Of a stretch of 64,000 nt of DNA, positions 1 to 10,839 are shown piece by piece. Within the stretch, counting starts at the first letter, position 1. Each line of letters starts with the position of its first letter. Position numbers and translations under genes: made by a program. The notes beneath the pieces were generated by a model. It was not told the origin of the DNA, ran no database searches, and saw nothing but the letters and a program-made list of their open reading frames with translations. Origin of the DNA: Ranitomeya imitator (Eukaryota); NCBI RefSeq assembly GCF_032444005.1, contig NC_091285.1:638538001-638602000 (forward strand), read 5' to 3'.

Positions 1-123
1 GCACCTGCCTGTCCCTCTGCATTAACTTCTATGCGACTTCTGAAAATATCCAAGCAAGTATGGAGGAGCGTGGACCTTGCAGTGTGTTCTGCAGGATGAC
101 ATTTCCTTTTTTTACACTTTCAG

Positions 124-251
124 GATATACTCCCGTCTCCTGTTCCTGTGGAATGGGCTGTGGATCATACAACTTCAAGACCGCCAACTCATGTGTCTGC
201 GAATGCCTTAACACAGACTGGACGAGTGCCCGATGCTGCAAGAGCGCCTAG
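124..251 (+). CDS. Terminal coding exon of glycine-rich resistin-like gene, upstream paralog (copy A); earlier exons lie before the window
   Basis: Acceptor ttttacactttcag at 110-123, then (G)YTPVSCSCGMGCGSYNFKTANSCVCECLNTDWTSARCCKSA-stop. This is the C-X-C-X3-C-X10-C-X-C-X-C-X9-CC part of the resistin/RELM signature. 125/128 nt identical to 12631-12758. Confidence 0.9.
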
Positions 252-298
252 TAACCGGTCATCTGGGTTCATTAACACAAATACTCATTTTTTGTAAC

Positions 299-304
299 AA
301 TAAA
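299..304 (+). terminator. Polyadenylation signal of copy A
   Basis: AATAAA 47 nt after the TAG, at the same position as in copy B (12806-12811). Confidence 0.75.
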
Positions 305-651
305 ATACATTTAAAAATAAGTCAGAAGCAGCTTCATTTCTTCATGCAGAGACTGCAGAAAAATGCTCTCATTTGTGCTTTCACTATAGGGAGCTTAGTT
401 TTATCACACAGTTTAGACCTGGGCAAAGTGCAGCCCTCATACTGTATATAGGGGGCTATGCGGGGCCTCACACTGCATACAGGAGGTTATGTGGGGGGGC
501 GGACACAGATCGCAAAGAGCCCCTGTGCACCAGGGCACGATCCACAATAACTGCTGAGAATGAAGCTCTCGTCATAGAGAATCGCCATTATGAAGGCATT
601 CAAAATTAAAGATTGCCCCATTGTGACCCATTTTGAAATATGGATACTATA

Positions 652-1147
652 AAAGGGAGTTATCCAGGAGTATATCATTTTTTTTTCAAGTGCCTAAGAA
701 GTGACAGGCAGGTAGTTACTACCTACCTGCCTGTTGTGCCCCGCGCCGATCTCTGTCAGCACAGATTGGTCATTGACCACTCCTGCCGGCGATTCTGTGG
801 CTTCTCCGATGTCATGTTGATAGAGCAGCGGCTTCTCTTCCACCCTGCTCTGTTGATGGGGCGTGATTTCCAGACGTCATGCTGATTGACAGCCGGTTCC
901 CTGCTGCCAAGCTGTCAATCAATCAGCATGACGTCAGCAGTCACGTCCTGTCGACGGAGCAGCCCAGATGAAGAAGAGTTGTTCTGGTAACGTGGAGCAG
1001 CTGAATCGCCTACGGGAAGGAGTTGGTGACCACACTGAGCTGGCGCCGGATACAACAGGCAGGCGACTGCTTCTATTAGAAACTCTCTGCGCATTAGTTT
1101 TAAGGCTCATAGTAAAAATATAGAGTAATCATGGACAATCCATCTAA
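652..1147. mobile_element. Degenerate T2/Kolobok-type MITE
   Basis: AGGGAGTTATCCA at the left and TGGACAATCCATCT at the right resemble degraded terminal inverted repeats; internal palindrome catgctgattgacagc...gctgtcaatcaatcagcatg; similar internal motif at ~62310-62640. Confidence 0.4.
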
Positions 1148-2819
1148 AGTACTTGGCTATTGGTGCTATAGGACATGGATGCTTGATACGAACACGCTTC
1201 TTCAGGCAGGTATCTAATAAAGCTACAATATATGGAATTAAGAGGTAGTTCCAGCTCCTTAAAATTCCGCGCCCTGTGGTATCGGTGAGCTGGCAGAGGC
1301 TTTTAGCCTTTTTTTCTTTTGTTTATCTAATAAAGCTACAAAGCTATATAGCAATAAAGTAGATAATCTGATAATTGCTGCACCAATATACCGTAATTAA
1401 CACGACCTTATGTCTGTAATCTCAGTAAATCCCTCATAGTTGCCTGGACTGTATTTTGTGATATCTATTAAATGGATGCTGTGACCAAAATCTACCAGTG
1501 GTGTCCATCATCCATAGACCTCAATATTAAGAACATTTATCCGATTTTTACTATATTCTGCATGATGGCCTAATAGCCAGAAAAATATACCAGCTAGGTG
1601 GAAGCCAAAAGAAGACTTTTGTGTCCTCCGTCTGGCCATGACGCTGTATGGTCATAGCTTATTTATATAGCATTTTCTATACCAATGTCCTTAATTATAT
1701 TAGATGTATAGCGTGAAAGAACCTCAGGCCTAATACTTCTCTCCTACCAAGTGCCATTTATATCACTGTTGGTTTAATATGCCCCTACATGTACCAGGGA
1801 CCGGGTGTGACTGCTATCCCACACTCCCCGCAGCTACGCTCCTGTCATACAACTTTTGATTTAGGTGATACAGGAACAGGGGATGTTTGGATGATCAGGA
1901 AGGAAATTCGAGACCTGTAATGGCAGCCATGTTAATTGTCATTCTTGCCTACTTTTCCAAAAAAAGAGGAGGCAAGTTTTCCAGGTGTCACATTCGGACT
2001 GCGTGAGGTGGAAATATGGCGCAGGGATTGAGGGAACACGCAGCTGAGGGCACATAGTACACAACTGCAGTGTCTGAGGTAGTGTCTGTACAGTGGCTCC
2101 ATTATTGGCCCGAAGGGAGGTTTAACCATCCATGGAGGTGGGGTCGGTCATGAAGGAATTTGCTGAGATAATTTCTCAGGTCAAATGAACTTTACTTTCG
2201 CTGAGGAGGCCCTCAAACATAGACGTTAGATATGAGTGAATGGGTTTGAAGGACCCTGGACCAGTGGCCTCGTCAGTAGTCCATTGCCATCGGACAGATC
2301 CCTTCAATCTGCCTCCTTCCTGCTGGAATCCCCAACACCTTTTCTGATTTGTAGCCTGGTGTGACGTCATCGATGTGGCATGACTCAGCCATGATGTCAC
2401 CTGGGGCCTACTAATCAGAAGAGGCATATGAATAAATTAAATCGGATAAATATTCAATATATACAATATCTGACCATGTCAGATGATTTTGACAGAAAAA
2501 CTCCCATAAACATGAAAAATTAGAACAATTGGAGTCATGAGAACTGTCTTTAAAGTAAATTAAAAAAAATTTATTTATACATAGACAGAGTATGAATGGC
2601 AATAAAATCACTAAAATATTAAGTAGACAAGTATTATGAAGGTGAAATTACATGTGAAGGACACAAGGCAAAAAGAGGAGGGTCTGGAGAGCAACACTAC
2701 AATAAATAGAAGTATATGACCGGTAGGACAAAGTTTTTTAATATACTAAACCATAAATAACTGAGTGCATGGACTTTTAAGAGGCAAACAATGCAGTGTA
2801 TAGTTCAAAATTGATCCTT

Positions 2820-3130
2820 ACCCATACCGGTCATATAGTGTTGCCACCAGACTGCCAGCCCCTACGCGCGTTTCGCGTACGCAGATTTGTGTGTCACTAG
2901 TAATATATATATGCCTAGCACCAGCTGTTTGAAAGGCGGGACATTTGGTATGGCGCATGAGCACGCGATCCTAGCGCCTGAAGTTGCATCACTGCTCGGT
3001 ATCCGATATGACGCGAGGGGTCAGGTAGTCATTCCCCTAGCAACCGTGACCCGGAAGCGTCACACATTAAGGCGCCGGCGGCGATGATCCGGAACGCACG
3101 CGCCACGAGCATGCGCACATGTCCCTTACA
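2820..3130 (-). mobile_element. Penelope-like/retrozyme-type remnant with a partial hammerhead motif
   Basis: Minus strand reads ...CGC GAAAC GCGC GTA GGGG at 2860-2877, the 3' half of the motif seen at 15812-15841 and 54565-54611; boundaries uncertain. Confidence 0.35.
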
Positions 3131-3789
3131 CAGAAGTCTAAGCATGGAGAAAGTAAGTGAAAGAGCACAGTGTCTAATATATTAAATAAGCAGATCCACT
3201 GCAATATCCATTGATGAAGAAAGTGCAAAAAGTGTCATCTAAAGTGCATATGTGGCAATAAAAATTGTATCTCATTAAGCGAAATATGATCATAATGAAA
3301 ATATACCACAATATACAATTTGCAAAACAACAGTTATACATGCACAAAAACTGTGTATATTGATTCAATCATTTAAAGAAAAAATTAATAATAAATTAAA
3401 AATAATAATGGTGAAATACTGTGATACAATAGTAAACAACACCATAATTGAGTGAACAACAGATCTAAAAAAAAAATTAAATGACACTCTCCACATTCCA
3501 TAGACAAAAACATCATACATCATAGATATTAATGAATAGTACACACAACCTAACTCATTAATAGCATTATTCACATAGATACTGGCTTAGTATGATGACA
3601 TTCACATCACACCACTGGTTGATGATTATTGTATCCATTCAATAGTCCAAAATTTATGAAGGTACTTCATATGATGTACAGATGATGCGGCAGCAATGTA
3701 ATAAAAGTCACCAAATAATACAACAGCTGTAAGAAAAACAAAAAATAACAAACATAAATAACCATAAAGCCAGACACACACAACATAGA

Positions 3790-4369
3790 ATAAAGCCAAT
3801 CCAGAGAAATTAACCAAAAAAATGACATGGGGTCCCCCTATATTTTATAGCCAGAAAGGCTATATAAGATGACATTAAGCCTGGTTAATAATAGAGAAGC
3901 ATCAATAAGACGCCTATCCATCACTAATGCTATTGTACTGAAAGTGTAAAAAAATAAAAAATAAAGACACAGCCAGAAAAAAGTATTTCATTATTCTTAA
4001 TTTCACCATACTTACCATATTCGAGCGCCTGCAAAAATAAAAGGAAAAATAATAAACCAACCATATACTTACTTTCCGCCATAGTCCGATTAATAACGAA
4101 TATCCCACGACGATCTCCCCTATAGAACAGTGACATCGGGTCACCCTTAGTGTTCGGACATTTAGTTTTCATCGCCCCAGCTGAATGATTTACAGCTACT
4201 AGCCAGCCCGAGTACATGTGGGGGTTGCCTGGTTGCTATGGAATCCCCACATGTAATCAAGCTGTCTAGTAGCTGTAAATCATGCAGCTGCTGCGAGGAA
4301 AACAAAATCTCCGAGCAGTCACAAATACTCGGAGCCCACCCGAGCAACGAGTACACTCGCTCATCTCTA
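3790..4369. mobile_element. Non-autonomous DNA transposon (TAGAGATGAGCGA-terminus family) truncating the pogo element
   Basis: Right terminus CTCGCTCATCTC-TA at 4356-4369, the same terminus as the MITEs at 10840 and 22275. The pogo frame runs into it (..RLNT|RDERV..). Left end not found. Confidence 0.55.
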
Positions 4370-7187
4370 GTGTTTAGTCTTGCAAGCCTTTGCTTGGTGC
4401 TGGGAGTTAAATGAGGCCTGAACATATCCCACACCAATAGACTCCATTTTTGAATAAGTCCACCTGGTCGCCTGCTCCATACTTTACCAACCCATAGCTT
4501 TACACCTTCCTCATCCATCCAGCCATTTTCATTCACATGTACGAAACAACCAACAGGGAGCTTGGGTCTAGGCATTGTTTTTCTTTTAAAAATAATCATT
4601 GTTCTCAGTTTGGCGCCATCAGCTGTGCATCCTAATACCACTGTAAAACTGGATTTCTCATGCCCCGTTGTTTTAATTATAATTTTTTTTTTCACTTTTT
4701 TGATGGGCAGTTTTATTATCAACCATATCAAAATTCATCGGAATTTCATCCATATTTCCAATACTACTTAACGGACAGTCATGTTTAGTGCGCTGTTGTA
4801 TTACGTATCGATGGAAACTATTCACTTTGCTATAAAGATCTGCGGGTAATTTTTGGGCAATTTTCATTTTTTGCCTCAGTACCATATTATGCCTTGCCAT
4901 GAATCTAGTACACCAGGATACAGTGGCCTTTAAGCTGTTGCTGTGATCTGGGTTAGATTTGGCCCACTGAAGTGCAAACTAACGTATCTGATTTCGTCTC
5001 ACTCCATAACCGCTTTGGCGGTGCTCATTCACCATGTCTGCTACAGGTCTTTCAAGTTCTGGCCAATGTGTGGTGCCTCTTCTTAACGCACACTTACCCC
5101 TTGGCATACTCTTTAATGCTTTTTAATTTCCTTTCCAGTCCCGGACCATCTTTTCTGTTACTCCATATTGTCTTGCAGCAGCGCAGTTATTATGTTCCGT
5201 GGCAAAGTTTACAACTTTAAGTTTGAAACTGGCTTCATATTTCTTTCTTCGTGGTGTAGCCATGATGGGGTTTTGACGGCTGGATATTTGTATACTGTAC
5301 TGCATGTACTGGTGCTATACTGTATGAACAGGTACTGGTGATGTACTGTATGTGGTATCCAATATACACCAACCAGCCAATGTACCTTACCAGCGATTGG
5401 CTGGTTGTTGTATACAAATCCGGCTTGGATTGGTCAGCCCTCCCTGTCTCCAAGAGCGGTAGCACATCCCTCTGGTCCGCCCTTGTACCCATTACTGGTA
5501 CCTCCAGAGAGCGCGCTGTGCCCAGAAAAACATGCCTCTTTCACCCCTCTGGCCCGCCCTTGTACCTATTACTGGTACCTCCAGAGCGCGCGCTGTGCCC
5601 AGAAGAACATGCCTCTTTCACCTATCTGGCCCGCCATTGTACCTATTACTGGTACCTCCAGAGAGCGCGCTGTGCCCAGAAGAACATGCCTATTTCACCC
5701 GTCTGGCCCGCCCTTGTACCTATTACTGGTACCTCCAGAGAGTGCGCTGTGCCCAGAAGAACATGCCTCTTTCACCCGTCTGGCCCGCCCTTGTACCTAT
5801 TACTGGTACCTCCAGAGAGCACGCTGTGCCCAGAAGAACATGCCTCTTTCACCCATCTGGCCCGCCCTTGTACCTATTACTGGTACCTCCAGAGAGCACG
5901 CTGTGCCCAGAAGAACATGCCTATTTCACCCGTCTGGCCCGCCCTTGTACCTATTACTGGTACCTCCAGAGAGCACGCTGTGCCCAGAAGAACATGCCTC
6001 TTTCACCCGTCTGGCCCGCCCTTGTACCTATTACTGGTACCTCCAGAGAGCACGCTGTGCCCAGAAGAACATGCCTATTTCACCCGTCTGGCCCGCCCTT
6101 GTACCTATTACTGGTACCTCCAGAGAGAGCGCTATGCCCAGAAGAACATGCCTCTTTCACCCATCTGGCCCGCCCTTGTACCTATTACTGGTGCCTCCAG
6201 AGAGCGCGCTGTGCCCAGAAGAACATGCCTCTTTCACCTATCTGGCCCGCCCTTGTACCTATTACTGGTACCTCCAGAGAGCACGCTGTGCCCAGAAGAA
6301 CATGCCTCTTTCACCCGTCTGGCCCGCCCTTGTACCTATTACTGGCACCTCCAGAGAGCACGCTGTGCCCAGAAGAACATGCCTATTTCACCCGTCTGGC
6401 CCGCCCTTGTACCTATTACTGGTACCTCCAGAGAGAGCGCTATGCCCAGAAGAACATGCCTCTTTCACCCATCTGGCCCGCCCTTGTACCTATTACTGGT
6501 GCCTCCAGAGAGCGCGCTGTGCCCAGAAGAACATGCCTCTTTCACCCCTCTGGCCCGCCCTTGTACCCATTACTGGTACCTCCAGAGAGCACGCTGTGCC
6601 CAGAAGAACATGCCTCTTTCACCCGTCTGGCCCGCCCTTGTACCTATTACTGGTACCTCCAGAGAGTGCGCTGTGCCCAGAAGAACATGCCTCTTTCACC
6701 CGTCTGGCCCGCCCTTGTACCTATTACTGGTACTTCCAGAGAGCGCGCTGTGCCCAGAAGAACATGCCTCTTTCACCCGTCTGGCCCGCCCTTGCATCTC
6801 TGCCTCTCAGATCTTGCTCCTGAGGACTGCACAGTGACGAGGTGAGGGAGCACAGTGAAACTGCGCAGGCACACGTGCAAGATCTGAGAGGCAGAGAAAG
6901 AGGTAATAAGATACAAGGGCGGGCCAGACGGGTGAAAAAGGCGTGTTTTTCTGGGCACAGAGCCGCTGGCTGTTTTCCATACCCCGTGACACTTGCAGCT
7001 TGCTTCACCTTCCCCGGTGAGGTGCCACCTCACCTCTTCATCGGTTCCGCTCCCCCCACCATATCTGCCGACCGCAGATTGCTCCGCAACCACTCTATAA
7101 GACGACACCCGGCGTATAAGACAACTCCCTGACTTTTGAGAAGATTTTCAGTGGTTAAAAAGTCATCTTGTACACCGGAAAATACGG
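4370..7187 (-). mobile_element. Degenerate pogo/Tigger-type (Tc1/mariner superfamily) transposon with frameshifted transposase
   Basis: Terminus TA-CCGTATTTTCCGGTGTACAAGA (- strand from 7187). ATG at 5263 gives MATPRRKKYEASFKLKVV..AAARQYGVTEKMVRDW (Brinker-type DNA-binding domain). Further fragments GNMDEIPMNFD and TTGHEKSSFTVVLGCTADG..WMDE..LLVWDMF (DDE_1 domain) lie in different frames. Confidence 0.88.
5466..6794. repeat. 77-bp minisatellite, about 17 copies, inside the pogo element
   Basis: Unit ggcccgcccttgtacctattactggtacctccagagagcacgctgtgcccagaagaacatgcctctttcacccgtct; unit starts at 5551 and 5628 give period 77. Confidence 0.97.
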
Positions 7188-7758
7188 TATATATAACGAT
7201 TCTTGCCATAATCTTGTTGATGCTGTTCACAAATACCCAAGTCTACACTATAAAGAATTATTTTTAAGGCTTAAAAAAGTAATTTCATAACAAATGTGCC
7301 TATTTATGAGATATGGAAAACAAGATCTGAATCTCCGCACTATGAAACAGAGTAAAGACAGCGTCTCCCACCATGGTGGACAATAAAGAGATGCCATGTA
7401 ATACTATTGTCCAATGCACTCAGTGGGTTTAGAAAACCCAGATTTGGTAAAAAATGGGGTTGTCCAACTTCTATTTTCCTATCAATCCATTTGCATCTCC
7501 ATAAGGAGCATCGAGGAGCAAATCCTATAACGTGATCCCACTGACACAATGATTTTCACCTAAATTTCCAATGAGCTTAATGTATTTATCATCCAAAGGA
7601 GGAAGCACAATGTTCTTTTGTTCTCATGAAATTGAATGGCACGTAAAATAGGTATTTGCATTATTATGGGGTGGTGTCAGGCGGGTACACACCTATTAAA
7701 ATTATAGGGCGAAGTCCGGTGTCAAAAATTCTAGCGTGTGATTGAAAATGTAGCAAGG

Positions 7759-7766
7759 TATAAAAA
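7759..7766 (+). promoter_or_regulatory. TATA box of the glycine-rich resistin-like gene (copy B)
   Basis: TATAAAAA 31 nt upstream of a CA initiator-like site at ~7790, which is followed by a short exon with a consensus donor. Confidence 0.75.
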
Positions 7767-7789
7767 GGGACTGGATGCAGACTTTGCAC

Positions 7790-7810
7790 ATTTGCACCTT
7801 GCCAAGAAAG
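7790..7810 (+). other. Predicted non-coding exon 1 of copy B (start approximate)
   Basis: Ends AAAG|GTAAGT at 7810/7811; a 170-nt intron ends ccttttgatttgcag at 7980. A non-coding first exon matches mammalian RETN organisation. Confidence 0.65.
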
Positions 7811-7984
7811 GTAAGTAGCTGGGATAATAGGGTGATGCCAGGAAAGGAAGAAAAGATGGTTCAGTAAAGGGGCAGTCAGTAGATATTAGGGTCCTGTAAA
7901 AAGAGTGGCACTGCGGTTATAGGGGATGCCAGGTCAAGGCAGAAAATCTAATATCTCCTGTGTGTCCTTTTGATTTGCAGAAAA

Positions 7985-8033
7985 ATGGCGTTTCTGACGC
8001 TCCTGTTGTGCAGCCTGCTGGTAACCTCGGCAT
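7985..8033 (+). CDS. Glycine-rich resistin-like protein, copy B, coding exon 1 (signal peptide)
   Basis: Strong Kozak aaaaATGG; MAFLTLLLCSLLVTSA hydrophobic leader; phase-1 donor T|GTAAGT at 8033/8034. Confidence 0.88.
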
Positions 8034-8926
8034 GTAAGTATCCGTATCAACTACAAACACAACTCACTGGTAGACAATAGACTAAAGATATCATCTGCAC
8101 CACCTCAACCAGCTAACCAGGTGGTCCTCGGGAACATAGAACTAGTCAAGAATGGGTAGTAAAAGAAAGGCTGGAATTATAGATTAGCAAATTGACTCAG
8201 TGCAAAGCTAATTTGTGTAAAAATTTTAGTAATTCGCGGAACATTTTGAAATTTGAATCGTGCAAATTGCTTAACAAAGCAATTGCCATTTTACACATTA
8301 TCGAAAATTGTGTCACCAAGAGAAGCTTCACATGACCTTAGTGGCGGCTGGACTTCCGAGTAAAGCCTTACAGCTATAACATCACATGGTATAGCACAGC
8401 CAATTAGGAGGTACTGTCATTGCCTGTATAAAAGCTGAGGCAGGAAATGCAGCAGCCAATGTGTGGTGAATCGTGTCAGCTCACAGCTTAGCAATAGAGA
8501 GAGATAGAGAAAGCCATAAAACACAGAATAAACTGTACAGATGTGTGACAGCACAGCAGTGAAGAAAGATTACCATCCGCTAGCCCATATCTATATATGT
8601 TCAGGTCACTTTGTCATTATTAAGGCTGTGTTTGAATTAAATGTGTGTAATACTTCACTTCTACTGTGGCGGTGTTGCACTATATATACATTTGCCAATT
8701 CTAGTATTAGCCCACCACTAAGAAATTGAGGGTTAAAAGTCATTTCCAGGCATTGAGAGATGAGAGACAGCTTGCTCACTAACTCCCATTTATTTTAAGA
8801 GAGATGGGTAGTTTTCCCATAATCTGTTGAAGGAGAAAATCTCACACGAGTCAACAACACTTATGGAGACAAACTGTGCAGCATTTGTGGAACTCACCAA
8901 ATAATCTGTAACTTGTGAATTTGCAG

Positions 8927-9352
8927 ATGCACAGTTTGGGTGGCCAAGCGGTGGAGGTTACGGTGGTGGAAGCTCTGGAGGAGGCGGAGGTTACGGTGGT
9001 GGAAGCTCTGGAGGAGGCGGAGGGTACGGTGGTGGAAGCTCTGGAGGAGGCGGAGGTTACGGTGGTGGTGGAAGCACTGGAGGAGGCGGAGGTTACGGTG
9101 GTGGAAGCTCTGGAGGAGGCGGAGGTTACGGTGGTGGAAGCTCTGGAGGAAGTGGAGGTTACGGTGGTGGTGGAAGCTCTGGAGGAAGCGGAGGCAATAA
9201 TGGAGGAAACTCTGGAGGAGGTGGAGGCTATGGTGGAGGAAACTCTGGAGGAAGTGGAAGCAACTCAGGAGGCACCACTACTGCAAAATGTGCATGCTCT
9301 TTGACTTGCATAGATGTAAGAACAAGCGGGAACACCGCCAAGTGCCAATCTG
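8927..9352 (+). CDS. Glycine-rich resistin-like protein, copy B, coding exon 2 (Gly/Ser/Tyr repeats plus start of resistin head)
   Basis: Acceptor gaatttgcag at 8917-8926. Stop-free phase-1 frame YAQFGWPS(GGYGGGSSGGG)n...GGTTTAKCACSLTCIDVRTSGNTAKCQS-G; phase-1 donor G|GTAAGA at 9352/9353. Confidence 0.92.
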
Positions 9353-10839
9353 GTAAGATAACTGTTGCCATTGTCTTGTACACGTCTTCTAAATGGCTTA
9401 TCATGTCATTATGTAGCTTGGAGGTAACATTCAATATACAGGGGCTCATATCAGGGGGCTCATATTATCCTGTAACTCCACCAATGCCATTCTATAGAAA
9501 CCATAGAAAAAAATGACATCAAATAATAGCGGGAGCTCAATGTATATGGATTTATGGTTATGTAGAAAGATGACTTCTTCACAGTGGGCACCATCAAGCA
9601 TGGAGCCCTTCATTTTAAACATTTTGCGTTTGCCCCTGGTTTAGTAAATTTATCTGGCTATCTAGTCTTATGTAGCAGGCAGTCCTCCATTAGGTTTACC
9701 TTTCACTAGGTCTGATATATCTATAGCTTTAAAGGGGTTAGGATTGGCCTTCAATATTGGAATAATGGGGGTCCGCCGATCAGCTGATTGAAGAAAACAT
9801 GACTCTCCAGCAAGTATGGCGTCCATTAATTATTGACCAGTCACAGCGCCATACTTTTGGCTGTGGCTATGCCTGGTACTGCAGCACAGTCCCATTCACT
9901 TGTATAGGAATGAGCTGCAATACTGCGCGCAGTGTGTGCGGTGGCCCCTTCCATCAGTCAGCCGGTGCGAGTGCCAAAAGTCAGACCCCTGAACCGATGC
10001 AGTAATATATTGCCGGTCTAGGAAAGGCCAACTATTTTGTGGCCCGTGACACTTTTTATAGTCCTTATTTCTTAGGAGGAGCTGCTATTTGTTCCTTAGA
10101 AATAACATAAACCAAAAAACTTTCTTCTTTGTTTTTGGAGGGGGGGATTCAGTCTTAATTTAGGATATAAAAACGCACACAAATCTTTACAAGACTGAAT
10201 TGTATGAAAAAGACCTAAAGCACTAAGCAGTGCCATTAATTACGTCTTGGGTAACATGTATAGGTGGAGCAATCAGCAATGCTAATTAGCTGATGGTAAT
10301 TATAAATTCTATATAACGCAATGATTACGCAACGAGGCTGGTTTGTTACAATGTATCAGTGTGTAGAGAGTGTTTCAGCATATTCTCCCAATTGTGCAGA
10401 TCAGGAGTCGGCAGGACCAGGCTTTTATACACTCTGCTGGTTAAAGGGAAAGTCTGGTCTGGCTAATAAAGTACACCCAGTAATATGGATTATGAAATGA
10501 AGTCGTTCAAAACAAAATCTCTCTGTAACCTCGTCCTGACGTCTGCAGTCCATATGTGGAGAACAGCAATCCTGGCTGTCTAACCCCTTAGATGCTACGG
10601 TCAATAGTGACTTTGACATCTAGGCGGTACGGGAGATGTTTCCTGCTGTATTCTCATTGCCTTTCTCCAATGCATGATCTTGGGGTGCCATTGGTTTGTT
10701 ATGACAGCCGTGGGCTCAATGATGGCCCCCGGGTCTGCCATTATTTCACATGTATGTATGATGATGATGACGCAATACTCAATAATATGACCATCAGCAT
10801 TACAGTGAAAAGTGCAGGAAATAAAGAGCTATTGCAATA

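Noticed and set aside
60-123. N-terminus MEERGPCSVFCRMTFPFFTLS of the 63-aa ORFs at 60-251 and 12567-12758
   Set aside because: This is intron sequence including the polypyrimidine tract; the exon starts at 124 (12631).
1-470. Copy A as a falsely duplicated haplotype of copy B
   Set aside because: About 11 differences in 42 nt just after the poly(A) signal and unrelated sequence beyond ~470 nt exceed what allelic divergence would give; long-read confirmation is still advisable.
1211-1341. 18-bp direct repeat tatctaataaagctacaa flanking ~95 bp, a possible SINE with target duplication
   Set aside because: No recognisable A/B boxes or correctly oriented poly(A) tail; more simply a local duplication.
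5338-6845. Three long overlapping ORFs of 437-499 aa
   Set aside because: Produced by a stop-free 77-bp repeat whose period is not a multiple of 3, so all frames cycle through the same peptide; no splice or promoter context.
8915-9304. ORF-track proteins MNLQMHSLGG..(EEAEVTVVEAL)n and MAKRWRLRWWKL..(WRRRRLRWWKL)n
   Set aside because: Shadow frames of the 33-bp repeat. Only the third frame is in phase with both splice sites, the signal peptide and the resistin cysteines. The Trp/Arg frame looks like a cationic peptide but has no start context or splice support.
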